Below, one piece after another: positions 16,957 through 29,262 of a stretch of 64,000 nt of DNA; position 1 is the first letter of the stretch, and every line of letters begins with the position of its first letter. The stretch lies in the NCBI RefSeq assembly GCF_009914755.1, contig NC_060947.1; one strand, written 5' to 3'. The notes beneath the pieces were generated by a model, which saw only the letters and a list, made by a program, of their open reading frames with translations, ran no database searches and was not told where the DNA came from. Origin of the DNA: the human T2T-CHM13v2.0 reference genome, Homo sapiens. The translations under genes and the position numbers were made by a program.

Positions 16957-18624
16957 CTAAAAGAAAAACTACAAAACGCTGCTAAAAGAAATTATAGATA
17001 GTACAAACAAAGAAAACACATCCCATGCTCATAAAAGGGTAGAATCAATATTGTGAAAATGGTCATACTGCCAAAACCAACTACAAATTTAATGTGATTC
17101 CCATCAAAATAGCATCTTCATTCTTCACAGAACTAGAAAAAAAATCCTAAAATTCATGTGGAACCCTAATAGAGCCCACGTAGCCAAGGCAATTCTAAGC
17201 AAAATGAACAAATCTAGAGGCATCACATTACCAGACTTCAAACTATACTACAGGGCTATTGTCACTAAAACAGCATGACACTGCATAAAAATAAGCACAT
17301 AGATCAATGGAACAGAATACAGAACCCAGAAATAAAGCCAAATACTTAAACCTAACTGATTGTTGACAAAGCAAACAAAAACATAAAGTGGGGAAAGAAC
17401 ACCCTATTCAACAAATGGTGCTTGGATAATTGGCAAGCCACATGTGGAAGAATGAAATTAGTTCCTCATCTCTCACTTTATACAAAAATCAAGATGCATC
17501 AAGGACTTAAATCTAAGACCTGGAACCATAAAAATTCCGGAAGACAACATCAGAAAAGCCCTTCTAGACAGTGGCTAAGGCAAAGACTTCATGACCAAAA
17601 ACCCAAAAGCAAATTCAACAAAAACAAAAATAAATAGATAGAACTTAGTTAAACTAAAAACTTCTGTACAGCAAAAGAAATAATCAGCAGAATAAGCAGA
17701 CAACCCACAGAGTGGGAGAAAATCTTTGCAAACTATGCATCCAACAAAGGAGTAATATCCAGAATCTACAAGGAACTCAAACAAATTAGCAAGAAAAAAA
17801 AATCCCATCAAATGTGGGATAAGGACATGAATAGACAATTCTCAAAAGCAGTTATACAAATGACCACTAAACATATTTAAAAAATGCTCAACATCACTAA
17901 TTATCAGGGAAATGTAAATGAAAACCAAAATGTGATACCACCTTACTCCCGCAGGAGTGACCATCATTTAAAAACATCAAGAAGTAGTAGATGTTGGCAT
18001 GGATGTGGTAAAAAGGGAACACTTTTACATTGCTTGTGGTAAGTAAACTAAGTAAACTAGTACAACTACTATGGAAAACAGTGTGGAGATTTCTTAAAGA
18101 ACTAAACGTAGACCTACCATTTGTTCCAGCAATCCCACTCTTGGATATTTACCCAGAGGAAAAGAAATCAATATATGAAAAAGTTATAGCAGCACAATTC
18201 ACAGCTGCAGACATATGGAACAAGCCCAAATGCCCATCAGTCAACCAGTGGTTATATACACCATGGAATACTACTTAGTCATTAAAAGGAATTAATTAAT
18301 GGCATTCACAGCAACCCGGATGGAGTTGGAAACCATTATTCTACATGAAGTAATTCAGAAATGGAAAACCAAACATTGTATGTTCTCACTTACGAGTGGG
18401 AGCTAAACTATGAGAATGCAAAGGCATGAGAATGATACAATGGATTGTGGGGACTTGGGGGGAGGGTGGGGGAGGGGAGAAGGATAAAAGATTACACATT
18501 GGATACAGTGTACACTGCTCCGGTGATGGGTGCACCAAAATCCCAGAAATAGCCACTAAAGAACTTATCCATGTAAGCAAACACCACCTGTTCCCCAAAA
18601 ACCTACTGAAATAAATGAAAAAAT

Positions 18625-18870
18625 TTGAAGATTGAAGTGATATAGCCACATTCAAAAGAATACCAACAGGCACAAGAAACTGAAAGAGCCAAGAAAAGAA
18701 TTCTCTCCTGCAGCCTGCGAAAGGAGCAAGCCCTGCTAAGACCTTGATTTCAGCCCAGAGATACTGATTTTGGACTTCTGATCTCCAGAATTGCAAGAGA
18801 ATAAATGTGTGTTCTTTTAACCTACCAAGTTTGTGATAATTTGTTACAGAAGTAACAGGAAACTAATACC
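18625..18870 (+). mobile_element. MLT1C/D LTR 3' half
   Basis: accttgatttcagccca...ttggacttctgatctccagaattgcaagagaataaatgtgtg...ggaaactaatac. Confidence 0.85.
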
Positions 18871-19024
18871 AATGGGAAGAGAATAAAAACAAAATCTTTA
18901 ACTGATAGAAACTTATACTACCACTAACCCTCTCCCCCACCATACATACCTTAGGAGGCAGGGGCTATATTCGAGGTGGAGTTTAAATAATTTGTTTAAA
19001 TAATTTGCTTACTCTGCTACACAT

Positions 19025-19172
19025 ACATTATCTCATTCAATTATTATCACAATATTTTGAGGGAAGAAGTATGATACCACTTAAATTGATAAAGAAACTG
19101 ACATTGGGAAAGTATAAGTAATTTGCCAGAGAGTGCACAGCTAGTAAGTGACAGAACCAGGATTTAAATTTA
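19025..19172 (-). mobile_element. MIR SINE
   Basis: gataaagaaactgac...aagtaatttgcc...cacagctagtaagtgacagaaccaggatttaaa. Confidence 0.75.
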
Positions 19173-20199
19173 GAAGAAGAAAGGTCAAGGTATTACGTTA
19201 ATCTGTAAGCATATATTAAGGTAGTATCATCAAGTAGAAACTTTCCTAAAGCTTTATGAAACATCTTAGATTTTTTTTTAGTGGCTTTCTTTCATGATTG
19301 TTGACATTGCCACTTGTATAGCAGACATAATAGTATTGAAACTTCCAGACTGAAAGCTTGCTTCCAATTTTTAAACTGTAAACTCAAAGAATCACATAGA
19401 AATTAAATTATCTTAGAAGCATGTTCAGGAATGAAATAATTCCATAACAGTGATTATGACACAATATTGCAACTCAAGCATTGTAAATTCTACCGTGTGT
19501 GGGGAGTTGAGGTGTGCAATTAACATTAAAATAACTTACTATATTACAAAGTAGTTTATACGTTATATGATGCAAGATTATAATCCATGTGATAGATTTC
19601 TATCCCCTCTTTCTGTCTCTCAAGGTGTTTTCTCTTAATATCTCCTGTGGGTATGGGTAGGGGTAGGAGTAGGAATATAAGCATGTTGTCTCCTAATTAG
19701 TGTACAACACATTTGACACCTTAGAATGAACCATTTTTTCCTAAGTCCCACTTGGCTTATATGACATATTTGAATATTTTAAACATTAGGTGAACTATTA
19801 ATTCTGACTTTGTTATACTAAAAGATCTTTGTCTATTCCTGCTCTGTAATTGACAGTGAGAGAAGCCAGGAGAAATTGCTTCTCCCAAATCTCTCATTTT
19901 ATTTCCTAAACTACAGAAAAAAATGTCAGGGACAATACCATTTTACCTCATCATAATAGGTGAAATAAGGGATCAGATTCTTGAAAGTGTTCAGGGAAGA
20001 AGTTGAATTTTGAACAATAATTTTGAATTTTGAACTGAGTTTTATTGACAGAGGGAACAGTGTTATAAAAGGCACAAATATGAGGCATTGCTGGGAAAAC
20101 ATGACCTTCGCTGTGTTCAGAAATAGATGAGAGAGACTCCAATGAGAATAAAATGTGGAAAAGCAATGTAGATTTTAATAAGGGTGACAAATTTAGAGG

Positions 20200-20550
20200 T
20201 CAATAAAACATCATTTCCTTTTTGACAGGGTCACTACACAGGTTGGTGATACAAATGCTATAAATAAAGAATACCTAGATTTCATCAAGGTGTTTGATAA
20301 GGTCCTGGGATAAGCTGATCTGGATAATATCATTGCCTAGTAGGTTAATAACTGGAAGACCATTACCAAAAAGTGGTGATTCATGGATTGGTTAAATCTA
20401 GAGTAAGGTCCACTAGAAGGCATAGAGGTCAGACTTATGAAAGACTTGGAAAGAAAGCCAAAAGGCAGAACGAAAGAATTAGGATTCAAAAAGCTACTCT
20501 ACAGGTGGAACAGATGTAGTTTAATGAAATTAAGCAAAGCATGCTACATT
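20200..20550 (+). mobile_element. L3/CR1 LINE reverse-transcriptase fragment
   Basis: From 20224 it translates DRVTTQVGDTNAINKEYLDFIKVFDKV, matching the CR1 RT motif (DxVT...D.G..VD..YLDFSKAFD.V). Further downstream gaaagaattaggattcaaaa resembles L3. Confidence 0.75.
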
Positions 20551-20559
20551 TTCCTTGAT

Positions 20560-20960
20560 GTATTCATGTTTTTAAACATTTATGGATCATGTATTATATA
20601 TTAGGCACTAGGCTAAGTGGTGGGGATACAAAGAAAAAAAAAGACCCAGTTCCCCAAGGAGCTCACAGTCTCACTAAGGGAAACAGATAAATAAATTTTG
20701 TCAGTACAGTAAGATGAACATTATGATAGAGGTAAACACAGAGTGCTACAGGAAGACAGAGAAAGGACAAGTAAATGAGAATGTTTTTCATGAGGATGTG
20801 ATGTTTCAGTTGAATTTTAAAGAAAATAAACAGGATCTGAAGAAACAGAGATGATATTTTAGGTAGAGAAAAGCTAAAGTCATTGAAACAGTAAGATATA
20901 TTTTGAGAACCCCAAGCAATAAGGTCTGACTATAAGAATTTATGGGTATTCAAGAGTAAT
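20560..20960 (-). mobile_element. L2 LINE 3' region (continues at ~21720-21835 and ~22480-22850)
   Basis: aaacatttat...taggcactaggctaagtggtggggatacaaag...ggagctcacagtct is an antisense L2 3' end. tttgtgttttagaaatcccactctggcagcagtg at ~21740 is the continuation. Confidence 0.7.
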
Positions 20961-20974
20961 ACAGAAATAAAAGT

Positions 20975-21097
20975 GGGTTATGAGATCCCTGAAGATGACA
21001 TCAAGATGTACCTACTTCAGTGCCCTCAGCAACCAATACAGAACCTGAAGCAGAATAGGGCCCCAGGAAATATTTTTGAATGGATAAATTAATGAAC
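20975..21097 (+). mobile_element. L2 3' terminus
   Basis: tgagatccctgaag...cagaacctg...aaatatttttgaatggataaattaatgaa. Confidence 0.5.
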
Positions 21098-21142
21098 AGC
21101 ATGTGTTATACATAAAGGAACTTAGATGTTAAATTTGAAAGC

Positions 21143-21715
21143 TTATATACCCAAATAAAAAGAAATCATTATATCAAAGAGATACCTGTACTCATATGTT
21201 TATAGCAGTATTATTCACAATGCAAAGATGTGGAATCAATGTACATGTCCATAAACAGATGACTGGAAATGTAATGAACACACACACACACACAAATGTA
21301 TACATATATATGTTTATATATAAATAAATATATACACACGCACACACACACACATAAATACCATGGAATACTACTTAGCCATAAAAAAGAATAAAATAAT
21401 GTCTTTTGCAGCAACATTGATGGAACTGGAGTCCATTGTCTTAAGTAAAATAACTCAGAGAAAGTCAGATAATGCATATTCTCACTTATAAGTGGGAGCT
21501 AAATAATGTGTACACAAGGATATAGAGTGTAGAATAATAGACATTGGAAATTCAGAAGGGTGAGCAGGTGGGAGGATGAGGGATGAGAAGTTACTTAATG
21601 GATACAATGTACATTATTTGGGTGTTGGTTACACTAAAAGCCCAGACTTCACCACTATGCAATACATTCATGTAACAAAACTTCACCGTACACCCTAAAT
21701 TTATATTAAAAAAAA
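21143..21715 (+). mobile_element. L1PB4-like 3' end containing (CA)/(TA) microsatellite
   Basis: ggttacactaaaagcccagacttcaccactatgcaatac...ccctaaatttatattaaaaaaaa. Confidence 0.85.
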
Positions 21716-21842
21716 CCCATAGAGTGATATGATTACATTTGTGTTTTAGAAATCCCACTCTGGCAGCAGTGGGACAAATGCATTATAGAGGAGATAAACT
21801 AAAGGCAGATAGGTTACTGTTATAATTCCATTAATAAACTAG

Positions 21843-22478
21843 GGCTATAGGAGTTAAAAAGAAATTATTTAGGCAGATAGTGAGGGTAAGAGTCCTTGGT
21901 AAGGTTTTCCTTTTAATGAAAAGCAGTCCCCAAATCATTTTCTTTTCTAACAAAGAGAAATCTGTAAAATCGAGCTGCAGACATACACAAACAAGCTGGA
22001 AGCTTGCACAGATGAATGCCGGCAGTTGTGCCAATAGGAAAAGACTACCTGGAACTAGGCATGATAAAAGTGGCGGCTCCATCTTCCCTTCTCTTTGCTA
22101 GCCATGTGTACAGTAAGGAGCACACAAGTTGGCACTGGCCAAGTGGAAACCTCATTTGCATAATAAGATTAGGGTGGGGCAACCAGCCTCCCCAACATGC
22201 TATGTAAACGTCACACCTGGTTGAACCAATCTGTAGGTCCTACATAAATCAGACACCACCTCCTGAAGCCTGCCTATAGAATCTGCTGCAGTATGCTGCA
22301 GGCTGGCGCTTCCCTTTCAGACACGTCTCCATTGCAAGAGAGAGCTGCTTTCCTCTCTCCTTTCTTCTGCCTATTAAACTTTTTGCTCCTTAACCACTTA
22401 CACGTGTTCATGTCCTTAATATTCTTGGCGTGAGAATATGAACCCTGGGTATTTACCCCAGACAAGTATGTCACTTCA
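21843..22478 (+). mobile_element. ERV1 solo LTR, LTR9 family (HUERS-P3)
   Basis: taggagttaaaaagaaattatttaggcagatagtgagggtaag...aaaatcgagctgcagacata...tgccaataggaaaa. It has an attaaa polyA signal, ends cttca, and has a 4-bp TSD ctag/ttag. Confidence 0.8.
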
Positions 22479-23411
22479 TTAGCATGATCTAACTCATTAA
22501 GGAGGTGACGATGGAGCTGTAATTGTTGAATCAACAATATTTGGTAATTGATTACTTATGGGAATTAAGTGAGAGTGGAAAATCAAGATTGGGGGAGTTT
22601 GAAAGAAAAAGTAAAATTTCCTGTGAGTAAAAACTGTTTAGGTTGTGCATAAAGGATGCCTTGATGTGTTTGGGGCCCAGTTAAAGTTGAAGACCATGAA
22701 TATCTGGTGGTATCAATCAGCATGACTGCATGCTTTCCTCCAATGGGGTCTAGCAGCTCAGGAATAAGAACAGAGTTTGAATAGTTTGATTTTTTTCAAG
22801 ATTTTAGTTTTTTCATTGGGGTAAATGGAAAAGAATGGTGGTATAAAAGAATTAGTCCCATTTCTCTGCTCCCTTTTCAACAAAAATTCTTGAACGAATT
22901 GTCTATACTCACTGTCTTCATTTCCTCTCTTTCAATTCTCCCTTAAACCTTCTCCAATAGGCCTTTTGTCCCTACCCACTCACTGAACTGCTCTTGTCAA
23001 GGTCACCATATGGTTAAACACAATAATCAATTTTCATTCCTCAATTTACATAACAAGTTAATACCATTTGATATATTTGTTCAATCCCTCCTTTTTGACA
23101 TACTTTCTTCATGTTGCTCCCAGCCTCTCCCAGAAACCAGGTTCTCCTGGTTTTCCTTCCGCTTTGCTAGACACTCTTATTTATGACTCTGACCTCTAAA
23201 TTTTTCAGAGTCCTAGGGATCAGTCCTGGAACATCTTCTCTTTTCTATTTATCTCTGTTTCCTTGGAGAGCTCATCCAGTTGCATGGCTTTAAATATCAT
23301 CTATATCCTTATGATTCTCAAATTTTTATCTCTAGCCTACACCTCTTCCCTGAATTCCAGACTTAAATATCCAGTTTACCATTAAACATCTCCACTTGGA
23401 TATATTATAGG

Positions 23412-25292
23412 TGTGTTAGGGCATTTTTGCATTGCTATAAAAAATAACTGAGGCTGATAACTTATAAGGAAAAAAGGTTAATTTTAGTTCATGGTTCTGC
23501 AGGCTGTACAGGAAGCATGATGCCAGCATCTGCTTCTGATGAGGACCTCAGGAAGCTTAAAATCATAGTGGCAGGCAAAGAGGAACAAGCATGTCACACA
23601 ATGAGAGAAGGAGGAAGAGAGAGAAGAGGAGGTCCCAGACTCGTTTAAACAACCAGATCTCATGTGAACTGAGTGAGAGCTCACTTATCACCAAATGGAT
23701 GGTGAGAAGCGATTCATGAGGAATCTACCCCCATGATCCAATAACCTCCCACTAGGCCTCAGCTCCAACAGTGGGAATCATATTTCAACATGAGATTTGG
23801 AGAGGACAAACACCCAAACCATAATATCCTGCCTCTGGCTCCCCAAATCTCATGTCCTTCTCATACTGCAAAATACAATCACGCCTTCTCAATAGACCTC
23901 CAAAGTCTCAACTCATCCAAGCATTAACTCAAATGTCTCAAGTCTAGAGTCTCATCTAAAGATTATTTCCTTCCACCTGAGAGCCTATGAGATCGAAAAC
24001 AAGTTATTTATTCCCAAGATACAATGGTGGTATAGGCTTTGAGTAAATATTCCCATTCCAAAAAGGATAAATCAACCAAGAGAAATGAGAAATAGACCTC
24101 ACACAAGTCTGAAACCTAGCAGAGAAGTCATTAAATCATAAAGCTCCAAAGTAACTTTTTATTCCATGTCCCACATCCAGGGCACATTGGTGCAAGGGCT
24201 GGGCTCCCAAGGCATTGGGCATCTCCACCCCCATGGCTTTGCTGGATGCAGCCTATGCAGCTGCTATTATGGGTTGGAGTCCAGTGCCTGTATCTTATCC
24301 AGGCTGAGGATGCACGCTGCCATTGGCTCTACCATTCTTGGGCCTAGATCGTGGCAGCCCTCTACCCATAGCTCCACTAGGCAGTGCCCTGGTTGGGACA
24401 CTGTATATGGGCTCAAACACCTTTCCCCTCTCCATTGCCCTAGTAGAGGCTCTCTGTGGGGACTCTGCCCCTGAGACAGGCTTCTGCCTGGGCATGCAGG
24501 CTTTCCAATACATCCTTGAAATCTCGGTGGAAGCTGTCAAGCTTGTTTTACTCCCGCATTCTGTGTACCTGAAGGCTTAACACCACGTGGAAGCCACCAA
24601 GGCTAATGGCTTGCACCCTCCAGAGTAATGGCCAAACCTATACTTGGGCCTCTTTGAGCCAAGCCTGGAACCAGAGTGGTCAGGGTGTGGGAAGTAGTGT
24701 CCTGAGGCTGCACAAGAATGGAGAGACCTTGGCCTTGCCCCTGAAACAATTATTTCCTTCTAGGCCTCTGAGTGTGTAATGGGAGGGGTTGTCCCAAAGA
24801 TTTCTGAAATGGCTTTGAGGTCTTTTCCCATTTTCCTGGATATAAGTATTTGGCTCCCTTTCAGCCATACTAATCTTTCCAGCAAGGGGTTGCTCCACAG
24901 GATGCTTGAATTCTTTCCCTACCACAGGGCCAGCCTGCAAATCTTTCAAGCTTTTCATGGTTCTGCAAGCTATATGGAAAGCATGGTGCCAGCATATGTT
25001 TCTGGTGATGGCCTCAGGAAGGTTTCAATCATGGCAGAAGATGAAGGGGAACTAGCATGTTACATGGCAAGAGAGGGAGCAAGACAGAGAGGGGTAAGGT
25101 CTCAGACTCTTTTAAGCAACCAGATCTCATGTTAAATGAGTGAGAATTCACTTGTCACTAAGGGGATAGTGCTAAGCCATTCATGAGGGATCCACCCCAT
25201 GATCCAATGACTTCCTACCAATCCCCACCTCCAATATTGGTAATCACATTTCAACATGAGATTTGGAGGGGACAAATATCCAAACTATATAA
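23412..25292 (-). mobile_element. MaLR MST (MSTB-like) provirus: LTR 23412-23826, internal 23827-~24950, partial LTR ~24951-25292
   Basis: Two homologous LTRs (catggttctgcag...ccagatctcatg...caacatgagatttgga...ccaaac) flank MST-int. The second LTR is fused to the internal region by a deletion. Confidence 0.88.
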
Positions 25293-25732
25293 GTAAGTAT
25301 TTTAAAATTAACATGTTCTAAAACAGTTCCAGAGGCTCTTAACACTTTTACCTTCCCTCAAATTCTTGCTCCATCAACAGTCTTTTGCATCTCAGTTAAT
25401 GGCAATGCTGTTATTCTTGTTCCATACCAAAACCTATTTATAGTTCTTGACTACATTTTCCCACAACTCAAATTTATATTCTCTGTCTTCCTCCCTTCCT
25501 TTCTCCCTCATACATTCTCTTTATGATTAAGTCTCTAGGTTTCTGTCACATACATTATGTCTCTAATACCATCTCCCACTATTCTCCCTCTTACTTACTA
25601 CACTCCAGCTAAAATATCTTTTCTCTGTTTTTTCAACATGCTAGGAATGTTCCTATTGCAGTACCTTTAAACTTTCTGTTCCCTCTCGCTGGAACACTCT
25701 TCCCACAGACATGCTCACGGATTGCTCCCTCA

Positions 25733-27033
25733 TAGTGTTTCCATATGGCAATTCCTTCTCTTAATGTCTCAGGATATTTGCATGTTTTTTCAAAATTCTT
25801 AGTTCTGAGAAAAAATAGTCAAGAAGTTGAGAAGGGTGAGAAAATATTTAATTCCCTTGTGACAATTAAAGCTTAATGAAATAAAGTGACATAACTGGTA
25901 GGGAGAAATACACTGATATCAAAGCAAAAGCAGGAAATGCTGATATTTGGAGTTGAAGGTTAATGCTGACATTTCTCAGTACAGGACAAGAGCACATAAG
26001 AGAAAAAAAAGCCACAGTCTAATCAGTCAGTCTTGCTTATGGCTGTTGTCATAATTGTGTTTGTGGCCCTGTCTACAGCAAATGGTTAGTCATTCCAGCA
26101 AATAAAATAAATATTAATCAGTTTAAACATGTACAGATCCTATTGGTGAAATTCCAATAAATAACTAGTCTTACAAGCAACATAAGTTTATAACTGGCAA
26201 TTTCAACATGTGATTCTATGTAGTGCTGCTAACCTTGCTAGGTGGACCTGAATGCCATGCCATTCAACTCTTACCCAATAATCATCACTGGCATTTTCCA
26301 GTATTGGGATATTTGCCACAGAGTATAGGTGTTTTGGTCAATACTTCAACAGAAGAGTTACAGGGAGAAGAAACTTGACTAAAATCTGAAGTAGCAAAAA
26401 TAATGTTGATCTCAATGGCAAAACCAAAATCAGGCAAACAGACAAAATACACTGGTCATTGAAAAAGGAAGTGAGTTTATATGAATCAACAAGTATCCGA
26501 TGCTTACTTGAAGATCTTTTTAGATGCACTCTTAAAAATTTGACCAATATCAAAGCATGATATTTTTCTATTTCTAGAATATTTGTCATAAAACAAAAAT
26601 CAAGATAGAGTAGTTAATGTAATCTGTTTGTAATTTATTTTAAAAATGCTATCTTTAAAGTACTAAATATTTGTGTCATCTTTCAAGTTTTTAAATAATT
26701 TTTATTTGACTTTTTTTGTGTTAATGGTCCCTTCTTTTAATATTACCAATTATCTATTTGAAATATATAAATTTTACACAATATATTGGTTCATAATAAT
26801 AATAACCCGTGCATGTATGATTATATTGGTTTTTATTTTGCAGAAAGGCTCTGAAATTTTTAGTATCAGAGAAAAGTGATTTATACGTTATGGTAATTCA
26901 TAAAAAACACACAAGAAAAGTGTTATGAAAAATACTATCTTCTGATTTTTTGAATTTCTGAGAATCCCCAGGAATTCCAATTTATTCATCTGGACTCCAA
27001 AGACTAATATGCATCAGGAATTTGAAATCACTA
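25733..27033 (+). mobile_element. Ancient hAT DNA transposon, internally deleted, with transposase C-terminal remnant
   Basis: Ends tagtgtttccatat / atttgaaatcacta form an imperfect TIR. The 8-bp TSD is ctccctca (25725-25732) / ctctctta (27034-27041). 26459-26608 reads LKKEVSLYESTSIRCLLEDLFRCTLKNLTNIKA*YFSISRIFVIKQKSR*. Confidence 0.7.
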
Positions 27034-27329
27034 CTCTCTTACTTTCTTTAAGTCATCCTTAAATGTCACCTTATCAAAAATCTCTTTTTAGGAGTACATT
27101 CCCCCAGTACCGGTACTCCATATACCTCTGTCTCTGTTTGGTTTTCTCCACAGCACTTAGCATTTCCTGATACATTGCCATTTGTTTATGTTTTAATTGT
27201 TTGTTTCTTTTCATAAGAATGCAAGCTCTATGAAGGTGTGGATTTTTACCTTCACTGCTATGTACAAACAGTGCTTACCATATAGATAGTAGTCACACTT
27301 AAAATATTTGTTTAATCAACAAATAATAG

Positions 27330-27830
27330 ATTATTGGATTTAGACCAGATAGAGAAGGAAGTGAATGTATAAGTGAGCTGATCAATAGTGACCCACGTCC
27401 AGGGAAAGGGGGTCCCAGTAGAAGCTTAGATGAGGTGATAATAAATGAAGGAGATGACTGGAAGAATGAAAAATCATAGTCCGAACATGGAGTACTGGAG
27501 CTTAAATTTCCAGAGATGAATTTTCAAGATTTAAGGTAGAGTAATAGAAATTTATGACTTTGAAAATGAAAATCTTTGGTGTTGAGGTGATCAAGGGTAC
27601 TGGTAAAGCTAAATTATTAATTGGAATAATTAAATAAATATTGAGTTTGTCCTGGACGATGTCTAGAAAAGATGTGGACAGAGATTTGATGATCCAAAGT
27701 ACTAATGTCCTCAGTGAATGTGGAAATTGCCCAGGAAGTCTAAGGAAGACAGCAAAGAGGAGAGATTAGAGGTAGTATAGCTAGATAACATGATCTTCAG
27801 AGGGAGTTTTTTTAATACAAAAGTAGGGAA
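27330..27830 (-). mobile_element. Probable old L2 internal fragment
   Basis: Purine-rich sequence with ggtgttgaggtgatcaag and gtcctcagtgaatgtgga, resembling antisense L2; very diverged. Confidence 0.4.
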
Positions 27831-28581
27831 ACAATAATAGCTTTAAAATGACTATTTGTTTAATTACTACCATGTGCTCAAAGTAAGGTACTAGGTGTTT
27901 TATATCCATTATGTCATAAAACCCTTAAAATAGCCTCTAATAGTATTCAAGACTTTCTTCTAGACTGCTGAATAGCTACAGCTTTCTTAAGTACTGACTA
28001 GCTGCTTGGGTGTAAATATGGTCAGGAATATGGAGGAAGCAGTGGGAATGAAATCCATGGTTATTGCAGTAGGAGGTCATCTGGATGGAGAAATACAGGC
28101 AAGTCTTAGCCACGAATTTTTCTGCGGTTAGATTAGATAAAGACAACAGCAGTGTTTTCAGCAGGAGATGGCACATAGGAAGTATTTCTCAAGTATACAT
28201 TCTGTTTGAGCATAGGTCTGTGGGTGATGGGTAGACTTTATGTGTACTTGAACTTTAAGAACTTAAATCATGCCTTCCAAAACTAGAATACAAATGGTGG
28301 CAATGTATTGAGAAGTAGGATGGTGGTGGCTAATGAAGACCAGGAGTCAGTGTAGGGGATGAAGTTTGCCTTTTGTATGAGGGCATCAACCACCCTTAAT
28401 GGAGAGTTTTGTATACAAGTATGTGGGGAAAATGGGTGGGTTGATGAGGCCAAGCTGACAAGTCAGGCATCAAATCTAGACCCACAATATGTTCCCAAAA
28501 CACTGAGAGTCCAGTAGATGAAGAAGCCAATCTTTTTCTGCAAATAGTCTCCTATTGGAGAGTACCTTGTTTGATGGAGGG

Positions 28582-29030
28582 TGTTAGGGATTGAATTGTG
28601 TCCCTCAAAAAGATATCTTGAAATCCTAACCCCTAGTAACTCAGAGTGTGATCTTATTGGAAAATAAGGTCATTGCAAATGTAATTAGTTAAGATGAGGT
28701 CATACTGGAGTATGGCAGGCCCTTAATATAGTATGATTGGTGTCCTTATTAGAAGAGAAGACACAGAGAAAGGTACATATGGAGAATGTCATGTGATGAC
28801 AGAGATTGGAGTGATGCAGCTGCAAGCCAAGGAACACAATGATTGATCCTATCACCAGAAGATAGGAAGAGGCAAAAAGGAATTCTATCTGGACTCTCAA
28901 AGGGAGCATATCCCTGCAGTCCCTTTGATTTTGAACATTTACCCTCCAGAATTGTAATAGAATAGTTTTGTTGTTTTAAGCTACCCAGTTTGTGGTACTT
29001 TGTTATAGCTGCTCTAGGAAACTATTAATA
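28582..29030 (+). mobile_element. MaLR solo LTR MLT1C (terminal CA displaced to 29265-29266)
   Basis: tgttagggattgaattgtgtccctcaaaaagata...taattagttaagatgaggtcatactggag...gcagctgcaagccaaggaacac...cccagtttgtggtactttgtta. Confidence 0.88.
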
Positions 29031-29262
29031 TAGGTTGAGTACCTCTTATCCAAAATGCTTGTGACCAGAAATGTTTAGAATTTCAACTTTTTTGGATATT
29101 GGAATAATTTCTATTACACTGGTTGAGCATTAGTAATCCAAATATCTGAAATCCAAAATGTTCCAATGAGCATTTCCTTTGAGCATCATGTTGGTGCTCC
29201 AAAAATTCCAGATTTTGGAGCATTTCAGATTTCAGATTTTTGAATTAGAAATACCTAATCTG
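29031..29262 (+). mobile_element. Tigger4a (MER46A) Tc1/mariner-type MITE
   Basis: aggttgagtacctcttatccaaaatgcttg...ccaatgagcatttcctttgagcatcatgttggtgctc...; TA TSD at 29029-29030 and 29263-29264. Confidence 0.88.

Larger units (their letters stand above)
22855..27325 (+). mobile_element. Long L2 (L2a-like) in three pieces: 22855-23411, 25293-25732, 27034-27325
   Basis: ctgaactgctcttgtcaaggtcacca; catctccacttgga; ctgttccctctcgctggaacactcttccc; aaatgtcacctt; ends aaatatttgtttaatcaacaaat. Interrupted by an MST provirus and a hAT element. Confidence 0.8.
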
